Shown in pieces: positions 8,821 to 18,584 of a DNA stretch of 64,000 nt (within the stretch, counting starts at the first letter, position 1; every line of letters begins with the position of its first letter). A program made the translations under genes and the position numbers. The notes beneath the pieces are model-generated. The model was not told the origin of the DNA. It ran no database searches and saw nothing but the letters and a program-made list of their open reading frames with translations. Source of the DNA: Lachnospiraceae bacterium (lineage in GTDB: Bacteria; Bacillota; Clostridia; Lachnospirales; Lachnospiraceae); the NCBI GenBank assembly GCA_022791815.1, contig JAAVZU010000006.1, positions 15,186 through 79,185 on the forward strand, in the 5' to 3' direction.

Positions 8821-10545
8821 ATGAGAAAAGCTGAAAAGACGAAAAAAATAGAAAAGCAAAACCAGTCATTGAAAAAGGCAATGACAATTCGTTCAAAAGT
8901 AGCAGTACTTATGGCATCCACATCTATTCTTTTAATTGCTGGGCTTTTAATTGTTTCTTATGTGGTCAATAAGAAAAATATTGTGGAATTGTGTGAAAGT
9001 TATCTGTATGATACATGTATTTCTGCCTCAGATACCTTGTATGAAAGTTTTTATGGAGATACAGAGCGAAATGATATGGGAGTCCGTTTGGAATATATTC
9101 TTTATAGTGTTGGAATTGATACAATGGATTCCAGTAAGGGTTATCTGGTAGATAAGGATGGAAAATATCTTTACCATGAAGATAAAAATAAAGTAGGACA
9201 GGAGATAGAAGATAATCCAGTAATTGATAATGTATTGAAACGATTGCAGGAAGGTTATATTAGCACAGCAGATGTGCAGACTTGTACGATAGATGGGAAA
9301 AAAGTTTATGTTGCATTTATGTGTACAGTAAATGATTGGGTTATTTTTGTGCAGGCAGATGAGGCAGATGTATTAAAACCTGTATATACTATTAGAAACT
9401 ATTGTATTATTGTAGGACTAATATTGTTAGCAGTAATTCTTGCTATTGGATATTTTATTACTTTTGTAATTACAAAACCAATAGGCAGTTTAACTAAAGT
9501 TATTAACAATATTTCTGAATTAGATTTGGAGAGTGAAGTAAAACTTCTTAAGACCAATGACGAAATTGGTGTTATGGGAACAGCAGTTGCACAGATGAAA
9601 GGAAGGCTGACAGAGATTGTTTCAAAGCTAAACCAGATTTCTGAGCGTTTAGTGGAAGATTCCAATTCCCTATCTGATATTTCAGAGAAAGTGAATGTAG
9701 CTTCTGCAAATAACTCTAAAACAAGTGAACATCTTTCTGAAGGTATGGAGGCAACATCAAACTCTACAGTTGTAGTAAATGACAGCATTAAGAGTATGAA
9801 TGACAATGTAACGAATGTAGCAGATAAAATTGCAGAAGGAAGTAAGCTGACAACCAGTGTTATGAATAAGAGTTATGAGATTCGGAAGAAGACTAAAGAA
9901 GCCAGCCAGGAAACTTTAAAAGTGTATGAAAGTATTCGGAAGACTTCAGATGTGGCAATTGAGAAGGCAAAGGAAGCAGAGAAAATCAATGGACTTGCAA
10001 CTTCTATACAAAATATTGCAGAACAGACAACATTACTTTCACTAAATGCTTCTATTGAAGCAGCAAGAGCAGGAGAACAAGGAAAGGGATTTGCTGTTGT
10101 GGCAAGTGAAATTGCAAAACTTGCTTCAGAATCTACAGATACCAGTATTAGTATTTTAAATATTGTGGATGAAGTAAATGCTTCTGTAAAAACTTTGATT
10201 ACATGTTTAGTGGATGCATTGAATTTCCTAGAAGGAAAAGTTATGCAGGATTATTCGGATTTTTCAGAGTCTAGTGATGAATATAGTGATGCAGCTCGTT
10301 CTATTGAGCAATTTATGAAACTTGCAAATGAAGAAATTAGCCAATTAGAAGAAGGAATCTCTCATATTAGTGATGCAATGGAAAATATTAGCTCTACGAT
10401 CAATACTTCTGCTGAGGGTGTTGCAGATATTGCAGAGAAAACAACAGACGTGGTAGGATTAACATCAGAAACATTTGAGCGTACCATGAATTGTAAGGAT
10501 TTAGCAGAGAAATTAAGAGAGATTACAGTACAATTTAAACTGTAG
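8821..10545 (+). CDS. Methyl-accepting chemotaxis protein with periplasmic Cache-like sensor, HAMP and MA domains
   Basis: Two TM helices flank a ~140-aa extracellular domain. Highly conserved MCP hairpin region AEQTTLLSLNASIEAARAGEQGKGFAVVASEI. ATG 8821 follows AGGGGG; starts 12 nt after the SBP stop. Confidence 0.92.
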   Translation: MRKAEKTKKIEKQNQSLKKAMTIRSKVAVLMASTSILLIAGLLIVSYVVNKKNIVELCESYLYDTCISASDTLYESFYGDTERNDMGVRLEYILYSVGIDTMDSSKGYLVDKDGKYLYHEDKNKVGQEIEDNPVIDNVLKRLQEGYISTADVQTCTIDGKKVYVAFMCTVNDWVIFVQADEADVLKPVYTIRNYCIIVGLILLAVILAIGYFITFVITKPIGSLTKVINNISELDLESEVKLLKTNDEIGVMGTAVAQMKGRLTEIVSKLNQISERLVEDSNSLSDISEKVNVASANNSKTSEHLSEGMEATSNSTVVVNDSIKSMNDNVTNVADKIAEGSKLTTSVMNKSYEIRKKTKEASQETLKVYESIRKTSDVAIEKAKEAEKINGLATSIQNIAEQTTLLSLNASIEAARAGEQGKGFAVVASEIAKLASESTDTSISILNIVDEVNASVKTLITCLVDALNFLEGKVMQDYSDFSESSDEYSDAARSIEQFMKLANEEISQLEEGISHISDAMENISSTINTSAEGVADIAEKTTDVVGLTSETFERTMNCKDLAEKLREITVQFKL

Positions 10546-10680
10546 AACCTAATGTGTAGAGCCGCTAGAGCGACAGCTTGGATTGTGAATACATAGCAGG
10601 CGGTTATAAGAATATGCGGTGTGTAGTAACTGACACTTTTATTCATGATGGTGCTGACAAAGGCAGCATGTAGGTTTAAA
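10546..10680 (-). repeat. Family-2 nested-hairpin repeat, partial copy (first two thirds, inverted orientation)
   Basis: The reverse complement aligns with 21427-21560 (AAACCTACATGCTGCC...AAAGTGTCAGTTAC...CACATTAGGTTC). Abuts the MCP stop codon. Confidence 0.75.
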
Positions 10681-10707
10681 TATTTTTATAAAAGAAAGAC
10701 AAAGAAA

Positions 10708-10737
10708 AGACTCACATAGGAATTGTGAGTCTTTTTT
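10708..10737 (+). terminator. Rho-independent terminator of the SBP-MCP operon
   Basis: AGACTCACA-taggaat-TGTGAGTCT followed by TTTTT. Confidence 0.8.
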
Positions 10738-10937
10738 GTGAGTGTGGGAAACTTCTGCTTACACCTATAAAACATATTATTTCCGTGCTTTCAGATTTTT
10801 TTGATTCTGTTAGTTAAGGATAATATAAACTTGCCTTCCTCTGTATCTTGCCCAGTTTGTCCTTCTCAATTTTAGGAAAATATAGAAATCGACGAAACAG
10901 TATTTGGGTAAATTTTTAATAAATCCCATATTTCCTA

Positions 10938-10966
10938 TTGACATACTAGGTTATATAATGTATGAT
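10938..10966 (+). promoter_or_regulatory. Sigma-A-type promoter upstream of metY
   Basis: TTGACA, 17-nt spacer, TATGAT. Confidence 0.45.
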
Positions 10967-11073
10967 TATAACATGTTAAAATTCACCAGATGAATATGGC
11001 TGTTATCTGATATAGCTTTTAGTAAATAGCAGATGTGTGGAACAAATACAAATGTAGATAGGAGATTGATATT

Positions 11074-12381
11074 ATGAGTAAAAAAGTATATAAAGATAGA
11101 AATTTTAAATTTGAAACGTTACAATTACATGTGGGACAAGAAAGTCCGGATCCAGTTACTGATGCAAGGGCAGTACCAATTTATCAGACATCTTCTTTTG
11201 TATTTCATAATACCCAGCATGCAGCAGATCGTTTTGCGTTAAAAGATGCAGGAAATATTTATGGAAGACTAACCAATCCTACTGAGGATGTATTTGAACA
11301 AAGAATTGCAGCTTTAGAAGGTGGTGTAGCAGCACTTGCCGTAGCATCAGGAGCAGCTGCTGTTACATATACCATTCAAAATCTTGCACTAAGTGGTGAC
11401 CATATTGTTGCGGCAAAGAATATTTATGGTGGGACATATAACTTATTGGCACACACTTTGGTAGATTATGGGATTGAAACTACATTTGTAGATCCATTGG
11501 ATATAAGTAATTTTGAAAAAGCTCTCAAAGAGAATACCAAGGCAATTTATATAGAAACCCTTGGAAATCCTCATTCTGATGTAGTGGATATTGAAGCAAT
11601 TGCAAAAATTGCCCATGCCCATAATGTTCCATTAGTGGTTGATAGTACATTTGCAACTCCATATCTGGTTCGTCCAATTGAGTATGGTGCAGATATCGTG
11701 ATTCATTCTGCTACAAAATTCATTGGTGGACATGGTACAACGATTGGAGGAGTTATTATTGATAGTGGAAAATTTGACTGGAAAGCATCTGGTAAATTCC
11801 CACAGCTTACAGAACCAAATCCAAGTTATCATGGAATCAGTTTTGCGGATGCAGCAGGTCCTGCAGCATTTGTTACAAGAATTCGTGCAATTCTTCTTAG
11901 AGATACTGGGGCAACCCTTTCTCCATTCCACGCATTTATTTTCTTACAAGGATTAGAAACCCTTTCTCTTCGTGTGGAAAGACATGTGGAAAATGCTTTG
12001 AAAGTAGTAGAATACCTAAATAAACATCCATTAGTGGAAAAGGTAAATCATCCATCTGTTACTACAGATGAGAAACAGAAGAAACTTTATAAAAAATATT
12101 TTCCGAATGGTGGAGGTTCAATTTTTACTTTTGAATTGAAAGGAGACCAGAAGAAGACACAAGAATTTATTGATAACTTAGAATTATTCTCACTGCTTGC
12201 AAATGTAGCAGATGCAAAATCATTGGTAATACATCCATACACTACAACACATGCAGAATTGAATGCCAAAGAGGCGGCAGAGCAAGGAATTAAACCAAAT
12301 ACCGTTAGATTGTCAATTGGAATAGAAAATATTGATGATATTATTGAAGACTTAGACGAAGCATTTAGGGCAATTTCATAG
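11074..12381 (+). CDS. metY: O-acetylhomoserine aminocarboxypropyltransferase (sulfhydrylase), PLP-dependent
   Basis: N-terminus FETLQLHVGQ...AVPIYQTSSFVF. PLP-lysine context HSATKFIGGHG. 435 aa, typical of the OAH/OAS sulfhydrylase family. Confidence 0.92.
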   Translation: MSKKVYKDRNFKFETLQLHVGQESPDPVTDARAVPIYQTSSFVFHNTQHAADRFALKDAGNIYGRLTNPTEDVFEQRIAALEGGVAALAVASGAAAVTYTIQNLALSGDHIVAAKNIYGGTYNLLAHTLVDYGIETTFVDPLDISNFEKALKENTKAIYIETLGNPHSDVVDIEAIAKIAHAHNVPLVVDSTFATPYLVRPIEYGADIVIHSATKFIGGHGTTIGGVIIDSGKFDWKASGKFPQLTEPNPSYHGISFADAAGPAAFVTRIRAILLRDTGATLSPFHAFIFLQGLETLSLRVERHVENALKVVEYLNKHPLVEKVNHPSVTTDEKQKKLYKKYFPNGGGSIFTFELKGDQKKTQEFIDNLELFSLLANVADAKSLVIHPYTTTHAELNAKEAAEQGIKPNTVRLSIGIENIDDIIEDLDEAFRAIS

Positions 12382-12492
12382 TTTATACAAAAAAGTGTAT
12401 TCTTACTTTTACTTATTTGTGCTTGAGAAACAGGCATGTAAGTCTATAGTAGGAATGCACTTTTTGTATATTTTTTGGTAATTACTTAGGCA

Positions 12493-12517
12493 GAAACACG
12501 CATTTACAGCGTGTTTT
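12493..12517 (+). repeat. Family-1 repeat, solitary hairpin A
   Basis: GAAACACGC-atttaca-GCGTGTTTT between the convergent metY and tetR genes. Confidence 0.6.
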
Positions 12518-12557
12518 GTAAAAAAAGATTTGCAATGCTCAATTCCATAATAATTTA

Positions 12558-13163
12558 TTATAATGTCAGCTTATGGCTTTCTAAAATAATACGAATCGTA
12601 CGATAAAGATAAGGCTTGTACTCTACAATAGAAACTGGTTCGTTGGACAAAATACAGCTATAGGCAGAAGAACCTACCAGTTCAATAATAGTAAAGAGCA
12701 TAATTTCTGGTTCTTCATATTCATATTCATCTTCTTCTAATAAATTAAGATACATATCATAAAATTTTAAATCTTCTGTAACAATGCGGTTCTCTAAGGC
12801 CGACTTAAAGACTCCCCAACCAAGATTTTTAGAAATAAAAGTAAGAAGGGCCTTATTTCTAGTTAATTCATCTATAATATGGTCAATGATAAAAATAAAT
12901 CTATCTTGAAAGTGTTCAATATCAGTTTTTGTAACAGCATTTACAGCATTGGTAAACAAAGAACTTGTCTTTTTAGCTACCAGTTTATTTGAAATATCGT
13001 ATTTATCTGCAAAGTACAAATAAAAAGTACCTTTTGCAACCCCTGCTTTTTGGACGATATCGGAAATGGTTGTTTTATGGATTCCTTTTGTTGTGAAAAG
13101 TTCAAAGGCTGTATTATAAAGGGCTTCTTTCTTTTTTTGTTTATTGCTTTCTGCTTTTGCCAT
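12558..13163 (-). CDS. TetR/AcrR-family transcriptional regulator
   Basis: HTH TTISDIVQKAGVAKGTFYLYFADKYD. Start taken at MAKAESNKQ (13163) with AAAGGA upstream; the longer ORF to 13235 covers an operator palindrome. Confidence 0.88.
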   Translation of the reverse strand: MAKAESNKQKKKEALYNTAFELFTTKGIHKTTISDIVQKAGVAKGTFYLYFADKYDISNKLVAKKTSSLFTNAVNAVTKTDIEHFQDRFIFIIDHIIDELTRNKALLTFISKNLGWGVFKSALENRIVTEDLKFYDMYLNLLEEDEYEYEEPEIMLFTIIELVGSSAYSCILSNEPVSIVEYKPYLYRTIRIILESHKLTL

Positions 13164-13220
13164 AGCAGATTCACATCCTTTCGTAATTGGTAGGATTAAA
13201 TTATTTTCTATAAAACATAA

Positions 13221-13235
13221 ATGACCTTTAGTCAT
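13221..13235. promoter_or_regulatory. Perfect palindrome ATGACCTTTAGTCAT (TGAC-N5-GTCA), putative TetR autoregulatory operator
   Basis: Lies ~60 nt upstream of the tetR start on the minus strand. Same TGAC-N5-GTCA architecture as three sites at 13383-13466. Confidence 0.55.
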
Positions 13236-13382
13236 ATTTTATTATAGTTAGTGTGAAAAGGTATTGTCAAGGGGGATTTTCCTAGGAAGCATTTGTAATG
13301 ATACATTTAAAGACTTTTTCCTGCTATTCTTGTTGTATCTGTTAAGTGTGAGCAGTAACTAAAATGGTGCAACAAAAAAATA

Positions 13383-13466
13383 TTGACCAATAGTCAATTT
13401 AGGTATTGACTATTGGTCAGTTTTGGTGTATAACAATATCAGAAAGAAAAAATGACCAATCGTCAT
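13383..13466. promoter_or_regulatory. Three TGAC-N5-GTCA operator sites overlapping the MMPL promoter
   Basis: TTGACCAATAGTCAA (13383-13397), TTGACTATTGGTCA (13406-13419) and ATGACCAATCGTCAT (13452-13466). Candidate promoter is TTGACT (13406), 17-nt spacer, TATAAC (13429-13434). Confidence 0.6.
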
Positions 13467-13522
13467 AAAAGTGTTTTGAAAAGAAATAACACTTAATTGA
13501 AAGAAAAAGAGGAGGAAAGAAA

Positions 13523-15631
13523 ATGGTTAAAGTAGGAAGATGGATTGCAAAACACAAAAAACTGATTGTATTATTTTTTGTACTATTATTGATACCATCC
13601 GCACTAGGATATTTAAAAACACGGGTAAATTATGATGTACTTAGTTACCTTCCAGACACATTAGAGACAGTATCTGGACAGGATATTATGGTGGATGAGT
13701 TTGGTATGGGTGCATTTTCCATGGTAATTGTAGAAGATATGGAAATGAAAGATGTTAGTGAATTAAAGACACGTCTGGAAGAGGTAGAACATGTAAAGGA
13801 AGTCCTTTGGTATGACAGTGCTATGGACATTAGTGTACCAATAGAGCTGCTGCCATCTGATTTAAAGGATGCATTATTTAAAGGGAATGCCACTATGATG
13901 ATTGCATTATTTGATGATACCACTTCCTCTGATGCATCCATGAGTGCTATTACAGATATGAGAAAACTTGTAAATAAACAATGTTATATCAGTGGAATGG
14001 CAGGAATTGTTACAGATATCAAAGATTTATTTCTTGCAGAAATGCCAATCTATGTAACCATTGCAGCAGTTATGTGTTTCCTTGTACTATGTATTGCAAT
14101 GAACTCCTTTGTAGTTCCAGTACTTTTCCTTATGAGTATAGGAATGGGAATTGTCTATAACTTAGGAAGTAATATTTTCCTTGGAGAGATTTCCTATATT
14201 ACACAAGCACTTACAGCTATTTTGCAGTTGGGTGTAACAATGGATTATTCGATTTTCTTACTAAACAGTTATGAAGACAACAAAAAACGGTTTGACAATG
14301 ATAAAGAAAGAGCTATGGCACATGCCATTTCCAACACCTTTAAATCAGTGGTAGGAAGCTCTGTGACAACAATAGCAGGTTTTGCAGCATTATGTTTTAT
14401 GACCTTTGCCCTAGGAAAAGATTTGGGAATTGTTATGGCAAAAGGTGTTGTGGTAGGAGTGATTTGCTGTGTTACCTTACTTCCAGCAATGATTCTTCTT
14501 TGCGACAATTTAATTGAAAAGACAGAGCATAAACCATTTGTACCAGATTTGACATGGTTGTCTGATTTTATAACAAAACATTACAAATTGTGGCTGGTGA
14601 TTTTTATTATTATGTTAGTACCAGCTGTTTATGGGAATAATCATGTAAGTGTTTACTATAACATTGATAAGTCCCTTCCTAAAGATTTAGATAGTTCTGC
14701 TTCAAACAAAAAGTTAGAAGAAGTTTTTGAAATGAATAATGTACACATGGTGTTGCTAAAGAATGGATTGGACAGCAAAGAGAAACGTGCCATGCTGGAT
14801 GAAATTAAAAACGTAGATGGAGTAAAATGGACATTAGGAATTGATTCTATTGTAGGAGCGAATATACCAGAAGATTTAATACCAGAAGATATGACAAAAA
14901 GTCTTAAGAGTGATAATTACGAAGTGCAGTTTATATGTTCGGATTATAAGACAGGAACTGATGAAGTGAATGATCAGATTGCATCTATCAATGATATTAT
15001 CAAAGGATATAGCAAATCCTCTATGGTAATTGGGGAAGCACCATTAACAAAAGACTTGGCGGATGTAACAGACATTGATTTAAAAAATGTAAATATAGTT
15101 TCTATAGGAGCAATCTTTATTATTATTATGCTTGTGTTCCGTTCTATTTCACTTCCAGTATTATTAGTTGCGGTTATTGAATTTGCAATATGTGTGAATA
15201 TGGCAGTTCCATATTATATGGGTACAGAGTTGGTGTTTGTAGCAAGTATTGTGATTGGTACCATTCAGCTTGGAGCTACTGTGGATTATGCGATTCTTAT
15301 GACAAGCAGGTATCAGAAAGAACGGGGAAAAGGTAAGAGCAAGACAGAGGCAATAAAGATTGCCCATGAAACTTCCATGAAATCTATATTAGTAAGTGGA
15401 TTTAGCTTTTTTGCGGCAACTTTTGGTGTAGGTATGTATTCAAAAATAGATATGATTGGTTCAATTTGTACTTTATTAGCAAGAGGGTCAATTATCAGTA
15501 TGGTTGTAGTAATTTGTGTATTACCTGCCATGTTTATGGTATTTGATAAAGTTATATGTAAAACATCTATAGGTTTTTTGCCGAAAGAAGAGAAAATAGA
15601 TGTATCAAACAATGAGATCACAAGCATCTAA
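13523..15631 (+). CDS. MMPL/RND-superfamily membrane transporter
   Basis: 702 aa with a duplicated architecture: 1 TM + extracytoplasmic loop + 5 TM, twice. Divergent from a TetR gene. RBS GAGGAGG upstream. Confidence 0.85.
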   Translation: MVKVGRWIAKHKKLIVLFFVLLLIPSALGYLKTRVNYDVLSYLPDTLETVSGQDIMVDEFGMGAFSMVIVEDMEMKDVSELKTRLEEVEHVKEVLWYDSAMDISVPIELLPSDLKDALFKGNATMMIALFDDTTSSDASMSAITDMRKLVNKQCYISGMAGIVTDIKDLFLAEMPIYVTIAAVMCFLVLCIAMNSFVVPVLFLMSIGMGIVYNLGSNIFLGEISYITQALTAILQLGVTMDYSIFLLNSYEDNKKRFDNDKERAMAHAISNTFKSVVGSSVTTIAGFAALCFMTFALGKDLGIVMAKGVVVGVICCVTLLPAMILLCDNLIEKTEHKPFVPDLTWLSDFITKHYKLWLVIFIIMLVPAVYGNNHVSVYYNIDKSLPKDLDSSASNKKLEEVFEMNNVHMVLLKNGLDSKEKRAMLDEIKNVDGVKWTLGIDSIVGANIPEDLIPEDMTKSLKSDNYEVQFICSDYKTGTDEVNDQIASINDIIKGYSKSSMVIGEAPLTKDLADVTDIDLKNVNIVSIGAIFIIIMLVFRSISLPVLLVAVIEFAICVNMAVPYYMGTELVFVASIVIGTIQLGATVDYAILMTSRYQKERGKGKSKTEAIKIAHETSMKSILVSGFSFFAATFGVGMYSKIDMIGSICTLLARGSIISMVVVICVLPAMFMVFDKVICKTSIGFLPKEEKIDVSNNEITSI

Positions 15632-15666
15632 ATGATGATTAAGATTTTTGACAGGAGGTTTTTATT

Positions 15667-17913
15667 ATGAATCAGAATAGAAGATATAAAAAAGCAGGAG
15701 TAGCAGGGGTATCTGCAGCATTGGTAATGGCACTTAGTGTGGGAGGCGTTATGTCATACGCAAATGAAGCAAAAAATGCACTTGTAAACGAAACCATTAT
15801 GAACGATAACAATAGTATAGTAAAAGAAGAAAAGAAAAAAGCAAAGAAAAAAACAGAGAATACAAACCAGGTATTTAAAGATGAAGTAGTGTACGCTTAT
15901 ACAGATGCCAATGGAAAAGTAAATAAAGTAACAGTTAGTGAATGGTTAAAAAATTCTGCTGGGAAGAATACTTTAAAGGATAAAACAACATTACAGGATA
16001 TAAAAAATGTAAAAGGAGAGGAAACTTTTACACAAGGAAGTAATGATGCCATTTCTTGGAATACAGCTGATAGTGATATTTATTATCAAGGAACTGCCAG
16101 CGAGGAATTGCCAGTAGCCATGGAAGTAACTTATTATCTGGATGGGAAAAAAGTTACACCACAGGAATTAGTTGGAAAAAGTGGTAAGTTTAAAATGCAT
16201 GTAACTTACAAAAATAATTCCAAGCAAACAGTACTTGTTGATAAAGAAGAGGTGGAAGTAAATACTCCATTTGCCATGGTTACTGCAATGATTTTACCAG
16301 AAGAAAAATTCGCAAATGTAAATATTGACCACGGAAAAGTATTGTCTGATGGAAACCGTACCATTGCAATTGGTCTTGGTATGCCAGGAATGCAGGAAAG
16401 TTTAAATATTGGTGAAGATATGGATGTGGAAATTCCAGAATCCTTTGTTATGACAGCAGATGTTACTGACTTTGAGATGTCTTCCACATTTACTGTTGCA
16501 ACTTCGGATCTGTTTGAAGATTTTAATATGGATAGTGACACAATAGATGACTTAAAAGACTCCTTAAATGAGCTTACTGACGCTTCTTTAGAATTGGTAG
16601 ATGGTTCTAGTGATTTGTCAACGGGAATTAAAACCTTAAAAGACAGTACAGGAGAATTTACAGAAGGAATTAAAACCCTTTCCCAAGGTGTTGGTAAATT
16701 ATCAGAGGGTGCAAATGATTTACAGAGTGGTACAAAGGAATATACAGACGGAGTGGAAACTTTAGCCGGAGGCGTGAAACAGTATGTAGATGGAACAACG
16801 ACCTTGGCAGATGGTGTGACTTCTTATACAAATGGTGCAAAGAAATTACAACAGGGAATACAAAGTCTAAGTGATGGAACAAAGGACCTGCCAAACAGTC
16901 TGGACACTTTATCAAAGGGGATTGAAACTTATGGAACAGGAGTAAATAAACTGGTAAGTGAAGAAAATATGAATTCTCTGACAACTGGAACTAGTTCACT
17001 GGCAGCAGGAATTGAAAAAGTAAATCAAGGTTTGGATGCAGTATCTGCAGGTGTAGAAACGATTCATCAGAATCTTGCAAATTTAGAAGCAAGCTATAGT
17101 AATAATGAACAGTTGATTGCTGGTTTAAAATCTGTTATGGAAACAATGGAAGAGGGACAGCAAAAGGCACAGATACAGGCAATGGTAACAAATTTAGAAA
17201 CTATTACCACAACACAAAAGGCAGGAATTGCAGCATTAAAGGAATCCACCTCAAAAAATAGCCAGCTTGGTACGGGATTAAATAGCTTAATCGGAAGTAC
17301 AGATGAAAATGGTGCATTATTACAAGGAGCAAAGTCATTATCAAATGCAGCCCAGACTATGTCATCTGCTGGGGCACAGCTTAGAGAAGCATATCCTAGC
17401 TTGAGTCAGGGAGCAGCTAAGTTAGCAGAAGCAGGAAAAAGTCTTCCTGCTGCAATGAAACAATTAACAACTGGAGCAAAAGAATTAGTTTCTAATAACA
17501 AAGATTTACAAACAGGGGCAAAGCAATTAAAAACATCTGGAAAGACTTTGAATAGTGGAGCAAAAAACCTGAAAGGAAATAGCAGTGCTTTACTTAATGG
17601 AGTAAAGACATTAAATAATGGTATAAGTACATTATTAACTGGTACTGGTAAGTTAGAAAGTGGCACTGGCAGGCTGACAGAAGGGGTGGATAAGTTGTTT
17701 AATGGCTCTGTTGATTTAAAGGAGGGCATGGATAAGTTTAATAAAGAAGGTATTGAAAAATTAACAGGAACTGTAGAAGATGATTTAGAGATTTTAGTGA
17801 AACATATTGAGGCAATTGCTGAGGCAGGTAAGGGTTATAAATCTTATGCAGGTATCCATAAAGACATGGATGGCAGTGTAAAATTTATTATTAAATCAGA
17901 TGAGGTAAAATAA
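15667..17913 (+). CDS. Secreted protein with long xxxLxxG heptad-repeat region (YhgE/Pip N-terminal-like), no C-terminal membrane domain
   Basis: Signal peptide (AGVAGVSAALVMALSVGGVMSYANE). About 350 aa of repeats such as LVDGSSDLSTGIKTLKDSTGEFTEGIKTLSQGVGKLSEGANDLQSG. Starts 35 nt after the MMPL gene. Confidence 0.8.
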   Translation: MNQNRRYKKAGVAGVSAALVMALSVGGVMSYANEAKNALVNETIMNDNNSIVKEEKKKAKKKTENTNQVFKDEVVYAYTDANGKVNKVTVSEWLKNSAGKNTLKDKTTLQDIKNVKGEETFTQGSNDAISWNTADSDIYYQGTASEELPVAMEVTYYLDGKKVTPQELVGKSGKFKMHVTYKNNSKQTVLVDKEEVEVNTPFAMVTAMILPEEKFANVNIDHGKVLSDGNRTIAIGLGMPGMQESLNIGEDMDVEIPESFVMTADVTDFEMSSTFTVATSDLFEDFNMDSDTIDDLKDSLNELTDASLELVDGSSDLSTGIKTLKDSTGEFTEGIKTLSQGVGKLSEGANDLQSGTKEYTDGVETLAGGVKQYVDGTTTLADGVTSYTNGAKKLQQGIQSLSDGTKDLPNSLDTLSKGIETYGTGVNKLVSEENMNSLTTGTSSLAAGIEKVNQGLDAVSAGVETIHQNLANLEASYSNNEQLIAGLKSVMETMEEGQQKAQIQAMVTNLETITTTQKAGIAALKESTSKNSQLGTGLNSLIGSTDENGALLQGAKSLSNAAQTMSSAGAQLREAYPSLSQGAAKLAEAGKSLPAAMKQLTTGAKELVSNNKDLQTGAKQLKTSGKTLNSGAKNLKGNSSALLNGVKTLNNGISTLLTGTGKLESGTGRLTEGVDKLFNGSVDLKEGMDKFNKEGIEKLTGTVEDDLEILVKHIEAIAEAGKGYKSYAGIHKDMDGSVKFIIKSDEVK

Positions 17914-18020
17914 ACATTTACAGTTATGCTGTACATTTAATTAGAAATTTTATGTAGATTAGTTAAGAGTCATTTTTATTAACTAGGAAAACTCTGGATA
18001 AGTAAACTAAACAGAAAACA

Positions 18021-18061
18021 CAAGAAAGAGCTATGTATCTTACAAACATGGCTCTTTCTTG
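18021..18061 (+). terminator. Hairpin terminator candidate after the MMPL operon
   Basis: CAAGAAAGAGC...GCTCTTTCTTG 11-bp stem. The downstream T-run is weak. Confidence 0.5.
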
Positions 18062-18434
18062 CGTAAAATATATAAAAAAGAATGAAAAAAATTGTAAAAG
18101 AATACTATATATGATGAAAAATTTCATTAAAAAAATGAGTTCATAATTTTTCTTTTAGAGTTTGATTTTTGAAATGTGAGATTTAAAATAATAGGCAGTC
18201 AACTATTTAATAAGTAATTGCGATACTCTTCTCAATATTTTAAATTATTTTGTGCAGATTTACATATGAAAGCTGGTGCTTTTGAAATTAGGTGTGCTGT
18301 ATTTTAGCACCTAGTTAATATAGTATAGAAGGTATATGATGGTGTTACAAAAAATGGGATGTAAGTTTATGGTAACAGTTTAGTCTATGGGCGGAATTGT
18401 TGCCCGTTTACTATGTGGGAAATAGCACCAAGTC

Positions 18435-18464
18435 TTGACAACCTGTTTGTATAAAGAGTATACT
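18435..18464 (+). promoter_or_regulatory. Sigma-A-type promoter upstream of leuB
   Basis: TTGACA, 18-nt spacer, TATACT. Confidence 0.4.
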
Positions 18465-18584
18465 GAGAAGAAAAGAAAACATTGCTATTCGGAGAATACA
18501 TTAGTAAGAAAGAATTGTCTGGGATAAGAGTATTTGAATGGAGAATAACAATGAAAAATGATACATAGAAAGAGGAGATTGTAC

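Noticed and set aside
8233-8859. 208-aa minus-strand ORF antisense to the SBP gene, plus similar long antisense ORFs (27209..27781, 47461..47931, 49873..50226, 50640..51029)
   Set aside because: These are shadow ORFs opposite well-supported conserved genes. They have no RBS and give low-complexity or hydrophobic translations typical of AT-rich antisense frames.
10690-11073. SAM riboswitch or T-box upstream of metY
   Set aside because: No SAM-I core (GGTGGAGGGA...GCAACC-like) or T-box (GGGTGGTACCGCG) sequence is present. Only a terminator and a plausible promoter were seen.
17914-18584. T-box leader upstream of leuB
   Set aside because: AAATTAGGTGTGCT loosely resembles the start of a T-box, but ACCGCG, a specifier-loop context and a terminator/antiterminator pair are absent.
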